Shown: in pieces, positions 40,382 through 50,303 of the stretch
How the letters are laid out: the number at the start of each line of letters is the position of its first letter
Numbering within the stretch: position 1 is the stretch's first letter
DNA from: Planctomycetia bacterium
GTDB taxonomy: Bacteria; Planctomycetota; Planctomycetia; Pirellulales; UBA1268
Direction of reading: 5' to 3'
Assembly: GCA_021414115.1 (NCBI GenBank)
Contig: JAIOPD010000095.1
Coordinates: 21,989-85,988 of the forward strand
Length of the DNA: 64,000 nucleotides
Notes under the pieces: model-generated
The model's database searches: none
What the model was told of the DNA's origin: nothing
Seen by the model: the letters and a program-made list of their open reading frames with translations, nothing else
Position numbers and translations under genes: made by a program

Positions 40382-41914
40382 ATGAAGACCAAACTCATGC
40401 AGAGACTCATCTTGGTCGCTCTCGCCGCCGTGATCATGCACGCTGGGTCGGCCTCCGCGCAGTTCGCCCGCTTCGAGGCCTTGAGCAAAGTTCCGTTCGC
40501 GGAGAACCGGCCTACTGCGGAGAGCGCACAGACCCTGCGCGACGAGCTGCTGTTCCAGCGGGCGACGCAGACGTATCTCTGGGCCCTGCCGTTGATCAAC
40601 ACGCTCGGGATGAAGGTCGGCTCGGAAAAGGTCTTCGGCGCCGGCTACAACTTCCTGCCGATCTGGAAGAAGCGTCTCGACTCGAAGACCCTGATAACGA
40701 CCCCCAACTCCGATGTCATCTATGCCATGGGCTACGTCGACCTCGGCAAGGATGGCCCGCTGGTGTTCGAGGCTCCGCCCAACCTGCAGGGCATCCTGCT
40801 CGATGTCTGGCAGCGGCCGATCCCCGTCGATGGCGGCAGGTTCTATGGGGATGTCGGCCTGCCGGGCCCTGACGGCGGCAAGGGCGGTAAATTCCTGCTG
40901 CTGCCGCCCGGCCACGAAGGAGCGGTGCCGGACGATTGTTTCGTCTACCGTTCACCGACCAACACTGTTTTCGTTTTCCTGCGCGCGTTCTATCAGGATC
41001 CGAAAAATCTGACACCGGCCGTCGCGCTCATCGAACAGTCCAAAATCTATCCGCTCAACGGCAAGGAAGTCGCCAGACCGATGGAGTTTCCCGATGCCTC
41101 CGGTGTGCCGGTCAACATGCTGCCGATCAGCGACGGGAGCTGCTTCGATGAGCTTAAGAAACTGGTGGAGAGCGAAGGCACCACGCTTGCCGACTCCGAT
41201 TCGCTCGGCATGCTGGCATCGATCGGCATCGCCAAGGGCCGGCCCTTCGAGCCCGACGCCAAGACACGGGCGATCCTCGATCATGCCGCGCGGACGGCCT
41301 ACAAGATGAGCCGCGTCATCGGCTTCGAGGAGGTGATCGCCGGCCGGTCCCTGCGGATCTATCCCGATCGCCGGTGGATCAACCCCATGGCCGACGCGAC
41401 TCCGGAGAATCTCGGAGGGCCTTTCGATCTCGGCTGGCGGAGGGTGGCCGGCGGCTACCTCGATCTCGACGCCCGGATCTGGTTTTTCACCAACTACTAT
41501 TCCGTCAGTCCGGGCATGCTGTCGCAGACGCCCGGCCGGGGCGCCAAATACATGATCGCCTTCGTCGACGGCCAAGGGGCGAACCTGTCGGGCGGCAGCA
41601 GCTACCGCCTCCATCTGCCGCCTGACATCCCAGCCGCCAACTTCTGGTCGGTGACGCTCTACGATGCCGAAAACGGCTCGGGACTCGCCAACGGCCAGCC
41701 GTTCCCGTCGCTCGGTTCGCGCGACACGCCGACGCAGAACGCCGATGGCAGCACGAACATCTATCTGGGCCCCAAGACGCCCGCAGGCAAGGAGGGCAAC
41801 TGGCTCGCGACGGTGCCCGGGAAGGGATATTTCGCCGTTCTCAGGCTCTACGGCCCGACGGCAGCCGCCATCGACAAGAGTTGGAAACCCGGCGATATCG
41901 AGAAGGTGCCGTGA
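40382..41914 (+). CDS. DUF1254/DUF1214 secreted protein
   Basis: YLWALP, TPNSDVIY, D.WQRP, FWSVTLYD, NADGS, LRLYGP. Confidence 0.88.
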   Translation: MKTKLMQRLILVALAAVIMHAGSASAQFARFEALSKVPFAENRPTAESAQTLRDELLFQRATQTYLWALPLINTLGMKVGSEKVFGAGYNFLPIWKKRLDSKTLITTPNSDVIYAMGYVDLGKDGPLVFEAPPNLQGILLDVWQRPIPVDGGRFYGDVGLPGPDGGKGGKFLLLPPGHEGAVPDDCFVYRSPTNTVFVFLRAFYQDPKNLTPAVALIEQSKIYPLNGKEVARPMEFPDASGVPVNMLPISDGSCFDELKKLVESEGTTLADSDSLGMLASIGIAKGRPFEPDAKTRAILDHAARTAYKMSRVIGFEEVIAGRSLRIYPDRRWINPMADATPENLGGPFDLGWRRVAGGYLDLDARIWFFTNYYSVSPGMLSQTPGRGAKYMIAFVDGQGANLSGGSSYRLHLPPDIPAANFWSVTLYDAENGSGLANGQPFPSLGSRDTPTQNADGSTNIYLGPKTPAGKEGNWLATVPGKGYFAVLRLYGPTAAAIDKSWKPGDIEKVP

Positions 41915-41957
41915 CCATGACACGCCGGTTTTCAGACAATCCCGTCGGGAGACGTGT

Positions 41958-43442
41958 ATGACCACGCCGAGCATATTCACCCCCAGAGCGATCATCCTGG
42001 CCACGCTGATCGGCTCCTGCCTGACGATGCCCGCAGCCCACTCGCAACTTCTGCCCACTACAGGCAGCGTCGCATCCAGGCTCGGCCCGCTCGAACTGGA
42101 GAACGGCTATCCCACCGATGCCACCGTCGCGAAGATCTTCGATGACATCGATTACCAGAGGGCGTGCCAGGCCTACCTCTGGGCTCTGCCGCTCATGGCG
42201 ATGCAGCAATGGCAGAGCGAGCACCTCGCCAGGTTCGGTGCCGGGAAGCTCGACTACGTCGACTACCTCACCTTCCAGGACAAGCTCGGCCTCCTCACGG
42301 CCAATGCCACGACGCCATACATCATGGCGTTTCCCAACCTCACGGAAACCGGGCCGCTGGTGTTCGAGGTTCCCGCCGGCCCCACGGCAGGCGGCTTCAC
42401 CGATTTCTGGCAGCGGCCCATCACCGATTCGGGCCAAACCGGCCCCGACAAGGGCGCGGGTGGCCGGTATCTGATCCTCGGCCCCCACGACCAGGAGATG
42501 AAGCCGGAAGGGTATTACGTCTTCCGTTCGCCCACGGTGAACGTCTGGTCCGCCCACCGCGTGCTCGATTCCGATCCGGCGAGAGCTAAACGGCTCATCG
42601 ACGGATTGAAGATCTATCCCTACAGCCAGCGTGACAACCCAGCTCCGACCCGCCACGTCGCGCCGGCGGGTCGGCCCTGGAGCGGCGAACAACCGCGCGG
42701 CATCGCCTACTGGGAAGGCCTCGCGAAGATCATCCAGGAGGAGCCGGTCCACGAGCGCGACCGGATGATGATGGGAATGCTCCAGCCGCTGGGCATCGAA
42801 AAGGGCAGGCCGTTCAGCCCGACGGACCGGCAGCGGCAGCTTCTCATCGACGCCGCGCAGACGGGGGAGGTGATGGCCCGGGCCATCGCCTACCACAAGC
42901 GGTTCGAGGGCGCGAAAGTGTGGCCGGATAGAAACTGGGAGCAGTCGCTGTTTCTCAAGGAGACCAATCAGGAAGCCCCACACCATACGCAGTTGGACGA
43001 GCGCACGAGCTGGTTTTACGAAGCGGTTGGTGTCTCCGTGGGCATGATGGGCCGCGCCGTCGGCGTCGGGCAGGTCTACCTCGAGGCCGCGAAGGACAGC
43101 CATGGGCGCTGGCTCGATGGCGGCAGGACCTATCGCCTCACGGTTCCGAAGGATGTTCCCGTGGCACAGTTCTGGTCTGTCACCGTGTACGACAACGAGA
43201 CCCGCTGTTTCGTCAACTCAGGCGTGTCGCCTGATCGTTCGTCAAGAGACGCGATCGTCACGAACGCCGACGGCTCCGTGGACATCACGTTCGGCCCCAC
43301 GCATCCCGCCGGCCTGCCGGAGAGCAACTGGATCAAGACGCTCCCGGGCAAAGGCTGGTTCAGCTACTTCCGCCTGTATGGCCCCACCCAGGCCTACTTC
43401 GACCGCTCCTGGGTGCTTTCGGACATCGAGGTGATCGAGTAG
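41958..43442 (+). CDS. DUF1254/DUF1214 secreted protein
   Basis: YLWALP, TANATTPY, DFWQRP, FWSVTVYD, NADGS, FRLYGP. Confidence 0.88.
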   Translation: MTTPSIFTPRAIILATLIGSCLTMPAAHSQLLPTTGSVASRLGPLELENGYPTDATVAKIFDDIDYQRACQAYLWALPLMAMQQWQSEHLARFGAGKLDYVDYLTFQDKLGLLTANATTPYIMAFPNLTETGPLVFEVPAGPTAGGFTDFWQRPITDSGQTGPDKGAGGRYLILGPHDQEMKPEGYYVFRSPTVNVWSAHRVLDSDPARAKRLIDGLKIYPYSQRDNPAPTRHVAPAGRPWSGEQPRGIAYWEGLAKIIQEEPVHERDRMMMGMLQPLGIEKGRPFSPTDRQRQLLIDAAQTGEVMARAIAYHKRFEGAKVWPDRNWEQSLFLKETNQEAPHHTQLDERTSWFYEAVGVSVGMMGRAVGVGQVYLEAAKDSHGRWLDGGRTYRLTVPKDVPVAQFWSVTVYDNETRCFVNSGVSPDRSSRDAIVTNADGSVDITFGPTHPAGLPESNWIKTLPGKGWFSYFRLYGPTQAYFDRSWVLSDIEVIE

Positions 43443-43480
43443 TCCGGAATGGCCGCGGCGTGCTCGTACGGCCACTTTCA

Positions 43481-43590
43481 AAAAGGGCCAAAGCTCCCCG
43501 AGTAGGATCGCCCACAACCGCGTTTTGCTGCGGGATTGCCGCCTAGCTTTCTAGAGGGCGACGCAGTCCGAAGTCCGCAGGAAACCGCAG
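43481..43590. repeat. att-like site 7 (core 43490-43508, partly deleted class B arm from 43558)
   Basis: Core AAAGCTCCCCGAGTAGGAT; GCGACGCAG at +68, second repeat unit lost; then TCCGCAGGAAACCGCA. Confidence 0.85.
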
Positions 43591-43605
43591 TAGGTTGGGC
43601 GAGGG

Positions 43606-43755
43606 AAGAAGAAGCATATCGGTAGCAAATTCGACGATCTCCTTCAGTTCGACCGTCTCGTCGAAACAGTCACCGCAACGGCGACCAAGCGTGTCATCAC
43701 CCATCAGATCGCCATGGAGATGAAGCGTCGCTGGCTCCCGGTCGAACTCCGCTGA
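43606..43755 (+). pseudogene. Fragment of an XRE/HigA-like antitoxin
   Basis: KKKHIGSKFDDLL...V.ATA.KRVI..QI..EMK; no start codon and no HTH half. Confidence 0.65.
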
Positions 43756-43794
43756 AGGATGGGCATTCCCGTCTACCGGTTCTATGCTGTGGCG

Positions 43795-45819
43795 ATGAAG
43801 CGGCATGTCAAACGATCCCTCCTATGTTGCTGGCTGACGGTCGTGGTCTCGGTCGTCTCGGGCGCCGAGCCGCTGCCCTCCGAACGCCTCGTCGTGCGCG
43901 GACTCGACGGCACGGCCATGCCATTCGCCAACCTTCTCGGACCCGACGGCCGAGCCGTCTGCTTCGCGTTTCTCCATCCCGCCTGCCCGCTCGCACAGGA
44001 ATACGGCCCAGTGCTCGGCCAGTTGGCAGCGGACTTCGCCGACGCACGGATCCGCTTCGTGGGCGTCGTCTGCGAGAGTGACGACCCAACGGAGGTCGAG
44101 GCCTATCGCACGAAGTTCGGCCTCACGTTCCCCATCCATCTCGATACCGACTTCACGCTGGCGGAGGCCCTCGACGCGACCATCACGCCCGAGGCAGTGC
44201 TCGTGGATCGAGAGCGGCGGATCCGCTACGCGGGCCGGATCGACGACCGCTACAAGATCCGCGGCGTGATGACGCCCGGCGATGCCGAGCCGGAGCTCGC
44301 GAACGCGATTCGTGACCTGCTTGCCGGCCGTGAGATCCGCGAGCCGCGAACCAAGGCCGCCGGCTGCCCGCTCGATCGGCCGGAACGTCCCGTGGCGCCG
44401 CCGGCAGCCGCGGCCGCGCACACGCCGACGTTCTCCAGGGACGTCTTGCCGTTCCTTCACGCCCAGTGCCAGAAGTGCCACAGCCCGAACCAGGCCGGCC
44501 CGTTCGACCTGCTCACCTACGACGATGCGGTCGAGTGGATGGAACTCGCCATCGAGGAAATCGAAGCCCGGCGGATGCCGCCGGCCCAGATCGAGAGCGA
44601 TCTCGACTACACGTGGCCGAAGCCGCCGACGGCCGCGGACCTGGCGATGCTGCGGCAGTGGGTAGCCGCCGACAAGCCGGCGGGGAATCCCGCCGACACC
44701 CCGAAGCTTCCGCCGCTCCCGGATTACTCGGCCTTCCAGGAGGATCTCGGCCCCCCCGACATCGTCCTCGAGCAGGCGCAGCCGACGCAACTCGGCGCCC
44801 ACGGCAACGACGTCTACCGCCACATCGTGTTTCCGCTTGATCGCGACGAGGACTTGAGGCTCCGCGCGATCCAATTTTTGCCAGGCAATCGCAAGGTCGT
44901 GCACCACGCGCTGCTGGGCCACCTGCCGCGGGAGACGGCCGAAGAGGCCGTGCGGGACCATGGCGGCCGTGACGGCTTCAGCCATCCCGACGACCGGGCC
45001 GGTGGCTTTCAGGATTCCCACGGCATCGGGTTTCGGGTGCCGCCCATTCGCGACGACGGGCAGCCGCGGGCCGCGTTCGTGGGCGGCTTCGTGCCGGGCG
45101 TCCGGGCGACGGTCGCCCCGGCCGATGCGGCGTTGGTGATTCCGGCGGGCTGCGACATCGCGGTTCAGGTGCATTATGTCCGCACCGGGAAGCTGGAAAC
45201 TGATTCGAGCCGCGTCGGCATCTGGCTCGCCAGGCAGCCGCCACGCAAGGTGATGAACATGATTTATCTCAGTGGCGAGTTCGCGGTGGTGCCCCCGGGC
45301 GTCACCGACTTCCGCGTCCGCGGCAGCTACACGCTCCCCCGGGATGCGGATTTCGTGGGCGTCGTGCCACACGCGCACCAGCTCGCCCGGTGGGTCGAGA
45401 TCAAGGCCCACCTGCCGGGCGAGAAGCAGCCGCTGCTCGTCCTCCGGGTGCCGCAGTGGGACTACAACTGGCAGTCGCCGTACGACCTCGAGAAACCGCG
45501 CCGGTTTCCGGCCGGCACCCGGTTCGAGGCGGAGTGTGCCTACGACAACTCCACGGCCAATCCGCGAAACCCGTTCGATCCGCCGCAGAACGTGTGGCAC
45601 AACGAGACCATCCACGACGAGATGCTGCTGCCGATGTTTACGTTCGCCTCCGAGCAGCCGCTCGACGCCAAGGGCGAATCATTCAAGAAGTTCTACTTCT
45701 CGATCGTGCGGTCGCGGTTTCTCCGGCGGCTGGTGGACCACCGCTACAAGTTCGTGGCCGATCCGCAGGGCAACGTCGTGCTTTCGCCCGACTACGACCC
45801 CGACGACCACCGCTACTGA
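43795..45819 (+). CDS. Redoxin-cytochrome c-copper monooxygenase-like fusion protein
   Basis: CP..ITPEA..YAGRIDD redoxin, CQKCH heme motif, VVHH, PHAH, WDYNWQ, DEM. Confidence 0.8.
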   Translation: MKRHVKRSLLCCWLTVVVSVVSGAEPLPSERLVVRGLDGTAMPFANLLGPDGRAVCFAFLHPACPLAQEYGPVLGQLAADFADARIRFVGVVCESDDPTEVEAYRTKFGLTFPIHLDTDFTLAEALDATITPEAVLVDRERRIRYAGRIDDRYKIRGVMTPGDAEPELANAIRDLLAGREIREPRTKAAGCPLDRPERPVAPPAAAAAHTPTFSRDVLPFLHAQCQKCHSPNQAGPFDLLTYDDAVEWMELAIEEIEARRMPPAQIESDLDYTWPKPPTAADLAMLRQWVAADKPAGNPADTPKLPPLPDYSAFQEDLGPPDIVLEQAQPTQLGAHGNDVYRHIVFPLDRDEDLRLRAIQFLPGNRKVVHHALLGHLPRETAEEAVRDHGGRDGFSHPDDRAGGFQDSHGIGFRVPPIRDDGQPRAAFVGGFVPGVRATVAPADAALVIPAGCDIAVQVHYVRTGKLETDSSRVGIWLARQPPRKVMNMIYLSGEFAVVPPGVTDFRVRGSYTLPRDADFVGVVPHAHQLARWVEIKAHLPGEKQPLLVLRVPQWDYNWQSPYDLEKPRRFPAGTRFEAECAYDNSTANPRNPFDPPQNVWHNETIHDEMLLPMFTFASEQPLDAKGESFKKFYFSIVRSRFLRRLVDHRYKFVADPQGNVVLSPDYDPDDHRY

Positions 45820-47405
45820 CGGGCCCCGCTCGCCGGGTGGAACTCCCGCGGCCCGTTGAGGAGGCTGCCGATCGGGGTGTATCGCACGCACCAGCGGTAG
45901 CTCGCGAGCAGGAGCGGCGTCACCAGGCCGAGGATCAGGAGAAACTTCACGCCCGCGGGCAGCGGCCACTGCCGGATGAGCAGTTGTGCCACCATGACCA
46001 GCGGCACGTGCACGAGATACATCCAATACGACGCATCCGCCAGCCACGCCACCGCGGGGCGGGGATGCGGGAACAGGCGGCAGAACAGGCCGATGAGACC
46101 CAGCGACATCGTCCACGCGTAGGCGGGCTGGAGGAGGGTGGCGAGCAGCCGGTCGTTCATCGTCACGATGCCGGCCACGAGCAGCACCGCCGCCGCGGGC
46201 AGCAGGAGCTTCCAATGGCGGCCGAGTCGTGTGTCGAGCCCTTCCGCCGCGAACGTGGCGACGCCAAAGAAATAGAAGCAGGCGTAGAACCCGAGCACGT
46301 GCGGCTTGGGGAGGACGCCGAGCGACGTGTCCGGGCCGTAGCTCCCTGCCAGCGACATGCCCATCACCGCCTGCGGGAGGCACGAGACTGCCATGAGCCA
46401 CCACCGCTGCCGACCCGATGGCAGGAGGCTCGTCGCGGCGAGCAGCGCAAAGAAGGCGACGAGCCAGCAGAGAAACCACAGGAACCAGAGGTGGTCGAAG
46501 ACGTTCGTCTGGACGAGGTGGAGCGACCACGAACCGACTCGCAGCCGCAGCCGTTCCGACGACAGGATCCGTGACCAGGCGAGCGTCAGCTGGTCGAGCA
46601 AGCCGCCTTCCGTGCCCTCCGCGTTCGGGCCTGCGGAGAGAACCGTGCGGAGCCGCTCGCGGCCCTCGAGGATGTCGTCGACGCCCGGCGGGGCGAGGCC
46701 GACGAGCGGCGCGAACTCGGCGGCGACGTCGGCGGAAAGCGCCAGGACTTCCGCCGGCAGCCGACCGACGACGTTCTCGGAGAGCGGGTCCGCACCGCGC
46801 TCGAGGAGCACCCGGCCCGCGGCATCCCGGCCGAAGAAGGCGACCACGTGGAGGGGCGTGTTCCCGCTGCCGTCGCGCTCGTTGACGTCGCCGCCGGCAT
46901 CGAGCACCGCGGCCACGATCGCCGGGTCGCCGTGGAGCGTGGCCCAGGCGAGCGGCGTGCGGCCGTAGAAGGCGTCCTTGCGCTCGGCCGCCCCCGCCGT
47001 GGCGAGCCTGCGGCGCACGGCAGCCTCGTCGCCGGAGAGGATTTCCCAGATCGCGGGCTCCGGGCGGATCGTGCGCTGTGCAAACCTCTTCAGGGCTGTG
47101 TCGAGCGGCACGATCGTCGCGACTGCGATCACGAGCGGCAGGACAATCCGCGCGAACCGCTGCTCGAGCAGGCTCTTGAGCCCGCGGCGGCGGTAGACGA
47201 GCATCGTGAAATAGCCACTGAGCAAGAAAAAGAGCGGCATCCGGAAGCCATGCACCGCCACGAGGAAGAGCGGCAGCAGATCGCTGTGCCGGGTGTCGTG
47301 CACGGGCCAGGGAAACGCGAAGAAGCTCAACGAGGCGTGGAGCGCGACCCCCAGCAGCATGGCGAAGCTGCGCAGGGCGTCGAGATCGGTGCGTCGCTGC
47401 GTCAT
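45813..47405 (-). CDS. Acyltransferase-3 (OpgC/MdoC-like) with inserted ankyrin repeats
   Basis: DLDALRSFAMLLGVALH, FRMPLFF.LSG, HLWFLW, SYWMYLVH; ankyrin GRTPL and GNTPLH motifs. Confidence 0.85.
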   Translation of the reverse strand: MTQRRTDLDALRSFAMLLGVALHASLSFFAFPWPVHDTRHSDLLPLFLVAVHGFRMPLFFLLSGYFTMLVYRRRGLKSLLEQRFARIVLPLVIAVATIVPLDTALKRFAQRTIRPEPAIWEILSGDEAAVRRRLATAGAAERKDAFYGRTPLAWATLHGDPAIVAAVLDAGGDVNERDGSGNTPLHVVAFFGRDAAGRVLLERGADPLSENVVGRLPAEVLALSADVAAEFAPLVGLAPPGVDDILEGRERLRTVLSAGPNAEGTEGGLLDQLTLAWSRILSSERLRLRVGSWSLHLVQTNVFDHLWFLWFLCWLVAFFALLAATSLLPSGRQRWWLMAVSCLPQAVMGMSLAGSYGPDTSLGVLPKPHVLGFYACFYFFGVATFAAEGLDTRLGRHWKLLLPAAAVLLVAGIVTMNDRLLATLLQPAYAWTMSLGLIGLFCRLFPHPRPAVAWLADASYWMYLVHVPLVMVAQLLIRQWPLPAGVKFLLILGLVTPLLLASYRWCVRYTPIGSLLNGPREFHPASGARQ

Positions 47406-47545
47406 GCGGTAAGCCGTCTGGAGGCGTGGGGACGGTATCGGAGCAAGACCAAGATGGTATCTTGCCGCGGTCACAAGGGCCGAGTGTTCACGCGGCTGGA
47501 ACCACGAGACCCGCTCCCTTTGCTTCCCAGCGGAACCTGCTCTGC

Positions 47546-49528
47546 ATGACGCTCGCACCAAAGACAGGCCTTGCGGTGGTGGCCGAGGGCGTGACCGTGT
47601 CGGTGAGTGATGGCCGCGGCGGCGGAGAGCGGAAAACACTTCTCGAGGGTGTAACCTTCCGGATCGAACCGGGCGAGTTCGTCTGCGTGCTGGGCCCCAG
47701 CGGGGCGGGCAAGAGCACGCTGGTGCGGTCGATCCTGGGTGAACGGGAGATGGCTGCCGGCCGGCTGCTCGTGGGCGGGCACGACGTGTTCGGCGAGGCC
47801 GACGCCCTCCGTGGCGCGATCGGCTACGTGCCGCAGCGGGACGTCAATCCGCCGGCCCTGCCGGTCGAGCGGGCGCTTCACTACGCGTCGGAGGTCCGGC
47901 TTCCGGCACATACGTCCGCCGCGGAGCGACAGGCTGCGGTCGATCGGGTCGTCACCGAGGTCGGCCTCGATAGGGTGCGGCTCCAACCGATCGGCAACCT
48001 CTCGGGTGGCGAGACGAAGCGGGCGAGCCTGGCAGCCGAGATGCTTGCCGCCCCGGGCCTGCTCGTGATCGACGAGGCGACCTCGAGCCTCGATCCGGCC
48101 ACCGAGGCCCGGATCATGACGCTCCTGGCCGACCGGGCCCGCGCCGGCACGACCGTGGTCGCGGTCACGCATCACCTCGACAACGTTGACCAGGCCGACA
48201 AGCTCCTGATCCTGGGCCACGGCGAGGTGGTGTGGTTCGGCTCCCGCGTCGAGGCCCTCGGTCATTTCGGGGTGCATCGTCTCGCCGACGTCTATGTCGC
48301 CATCGAGGACAAGCCGCCCGGTTTCTGGTCCGCCCGCTGGCGGGAGCGGGTCGCCGAAGACGTTGCCATGGCGGAGGCCCGCCAGCCCGACGAGCCGCGT
48401 CATCACGCCGCCCCGGAGCGAGCGGCCACGCTCGCGGCAGTGTCGATACCCGGCTTCTTCCGCCAGTTCACGACGTTTTTCTGCCGGGAACTCGAGACGG
48501 CCGTCCGCGACCGCGTGGGCGTTGCGATGTCCCTGCTCCTGCCGCTCGCGCTCGCGGGTGTCGTGCTGGCCGGCTTCGCCGACACGCGATTCCAAAACCC
48601 GCTCATGCTGACGCGGTTCCTCGACCCCGGCGAGAAGGAGGTGCTGGCGGACGTGTGGGGGGAGGTGTCAGAGGCCATCGCCACCGACTCGGTCTCCGAG
48701 CAGGATGCCAGCATCCCCGGTCAGATCCGGGTGTTCCTCGACAGCCAGCCGAAGATGCTCGCCCACCTGCGGGAGGCGACCACCGAGCGGATCATCCGCG
48801 ATGCCCTCACCGACACGCTCCCCGTCGCCCCGGATCGCGAGATCATCGATCCCGGCGGCACGTTCAAGTGGCTCTCGCTGATGAGCATCTGCATGGTCAT
48901 CCTCGGGTTCGTGACGGGATTCCGGGAGATCGTCAAGGAGCGGCCGATGCTCGACCTCGAGCGGCGGCACGGCCTGCGGTTCGCCGCCTACGTGATCGCG
49001 AAGGTCGCGGCGCTGGCGGTGATCCTCGCGGTCCAGATCGCGATTTTCAGGACCACCGTCGAACTGGGATTCATGGTCCGCGAGGCGATCGGTGGCGAGA
49101 GCCCCGCCGCGATCTACCGGCGCAGCGCCATCATCTCCGCCACATGCAATTGGCTCGCGGCGGTGGCCTGCGCGGCAATCGGCCTCGTCGTCTCGGCGTG
49201 CGTCCGCTCGACCGACAAGGGCGTGCTCGCCGTGCCGCTCCTGATCACGCCCCAGATCCTGCTCGGCGCCACGATCCTGCCGATCAAAGGGGGCGTCCTC
49301 GCCGTGCTCGCGAAGCTCTTTTCGCCGCTCTATTGGGCGCATCGCGGCTGCCGCAGCGAGGGCAACGGGGTGCCCGAGTTCTGGCAGAACCTCGGCACCT
49401 ACGACCCGGCCATCTGGATCCCGCTCGCCGCGCTCGCCACGCAGATCACGGTGGCGACCATCGTCACGATCCTCGTGCTCCGCTGGCAGGAGCGGGCCGC
49501 GCTGGGCCGGAATCGCGCCGTGCGCTGA
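47546..49528 (+). CDS. ABC transporter ATPase-permease fusion (ABCG-like)
   Basis: GPSGAGKS, LSGGE, IDEATSSLD, EIVKER, C-terminal TM helices. Confidence 0.88.
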   Translation: MTLAPKTGLAVVAEGVTVSVSDGRGGGERKTLLEGVTFRIEPGEFVCVLGPSGAGKSTLVRSILGEREMAAGRLLVGGHDVFGEADALRGAIGYVPQRDVNPPALPVERALHYASEVRLPAHTSAAERQAAVDRVVTEVGLDRVRLQPIGNLSGGETKRASLAAEMLAAPGLLVIDEATSSLDPATEARIMTLLADRARAGTTVVAVTHHLDNVDQADKLLILGHGEVVWFGSRVEALGHFGVHRLADVYVAIEDKPPGFWSARWRERVAEDVAMAEARQPDEPRHHAAPERAATLAAVSIPGFFRQFTTFFCRELETAVRDRVGVAMSLLLPLALAGVVLAGFADTRFQNPLMLTRFLDPGEKEVLADVWGEVSEAIATDSVSEQDASIPGQIRVFLDSQPKMLAHLREATTERIIRDALTDTLPVAPDREIIDPGGTFKWLSLMSICMVILGFVTGFREIVKERPMLDLERRHGLRFAAYVIAKVAALAVILAVQIAIFRTTVELGFMVREAIGGESPAAIYRRSAIISATCNWLAAVACAAIGLVVSACVRSTDKGVLAVPLLITPQILLGATILPIKGGVLAVLAKLFSPLYWAHRGCRSEGNGVPEFWQNLGTYDPAIWIPLAALATQITVATIVTILVLRWQERAALGRNRAVR

Positions 49529-49626
49529 ACGAGCCCGTCAGGGAGCGGTGACGACCGCGGCCAGGCGTGAGGCGATGACGTCGAGCACGGCGGGGTGCCG
49601 TCCATCCAGCCGCGATGGGCGCCGGC

Positions 49627-49771
49627 TGCGGAATCCTGCGAAAAGAGCCAAAGCTCCCCGAGTAGGATTCGTCACAACCGCCGTTTTCTCCGAAAAAAGA
49701 CCTGAGTCAGGGAGAAGGCGACTCAAAAAGCGACTCACTTTTTCGTCCGCATGAGGACGCATGAGGTCGCA
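49627..49771. repeat. att-like site 8 (core 49650-49671, class A arm 49718-49737); left end of the lower-GC element
   Basis: Core AAAGCTCCCCGAGTAGGATTCG; arm GCGACTCAAAAAGCGACTCA at +68; then CGCATGAGGACGCATGAGGTCGCA. Confidence 0.9.
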
Positions 49772-49823
49772 GGGAACCGCATTGGCGAATTGCCCCCACT
49801 CCTCCGTCGGCCTTCCGACCCCA

Positions 49824-49970
49824 TTAGCCCGAGTCGGCGATCTCCTCCAGCATCCCGTCCACGGTCTCCCTGAAGCCCGAATAAATCAGGATCTCGCCAT
49901 CAGCCTCCTCGTCCAAAAGGAGGTTGGGCAGAAGCGGTGTGAGGCTGGCGAGCAATTCGTGCATCGTCAT
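49824..49970 (-). CDS. Small acidic protein (48 aa), below the ORF-track cutoff
   Basis: MTMHELLASLTPLLPNLLLDEEADGEILIYSGFRETVDGMLEEIADSG; AAGGAG RBS 8 nt upstream. Confidence 0.6.
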   Translation of the reverse strand: MTMHELLASLTPLLPNLLLDEEADGEILIYSGFRETVDGMLEEIADSG

Positions 49971-50062
49971 GGGCGTGGCTCCTTTTCATCTGAAAGAAAC
50001 CGCGTGGAACTACATGGAGGACGAGGGTTCAGTCGGGGAAAACCCCATAACCAGCCCTTTTA

Positions 50063-50091
50063 TTGACACCCCTCTGGCTGGGTGCTAACCT
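50063..50091 (+). promoter_or_regulatory. Putative sigma-70 promoter
   Basis: TTGACA-17 bp-TAACCT with an extended TGn, upstream of the PEP-CTERM gene. Confidence 0.55.
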
Positions 50092-50303
50092 CCCTTAAGT
50101 CGCCCGTGTCCGCCGATTCTTTTTCGGCTTTTTGGAGTTCGCTACTGCACGCACCCGTCATTGCTGTCTGACTGACACGGTGACCTTCTTTTGCGGGCAG
50201 TGTTTCAGTTTTCAAGCAAGCGTGCATGTCTTTTCGCACGCTTCTCCGCGGAAGTCGGCAGGTCTTTCAGCATGGTGGCGAGTGCCTTGCCGGAGACTTG
50301 TCT

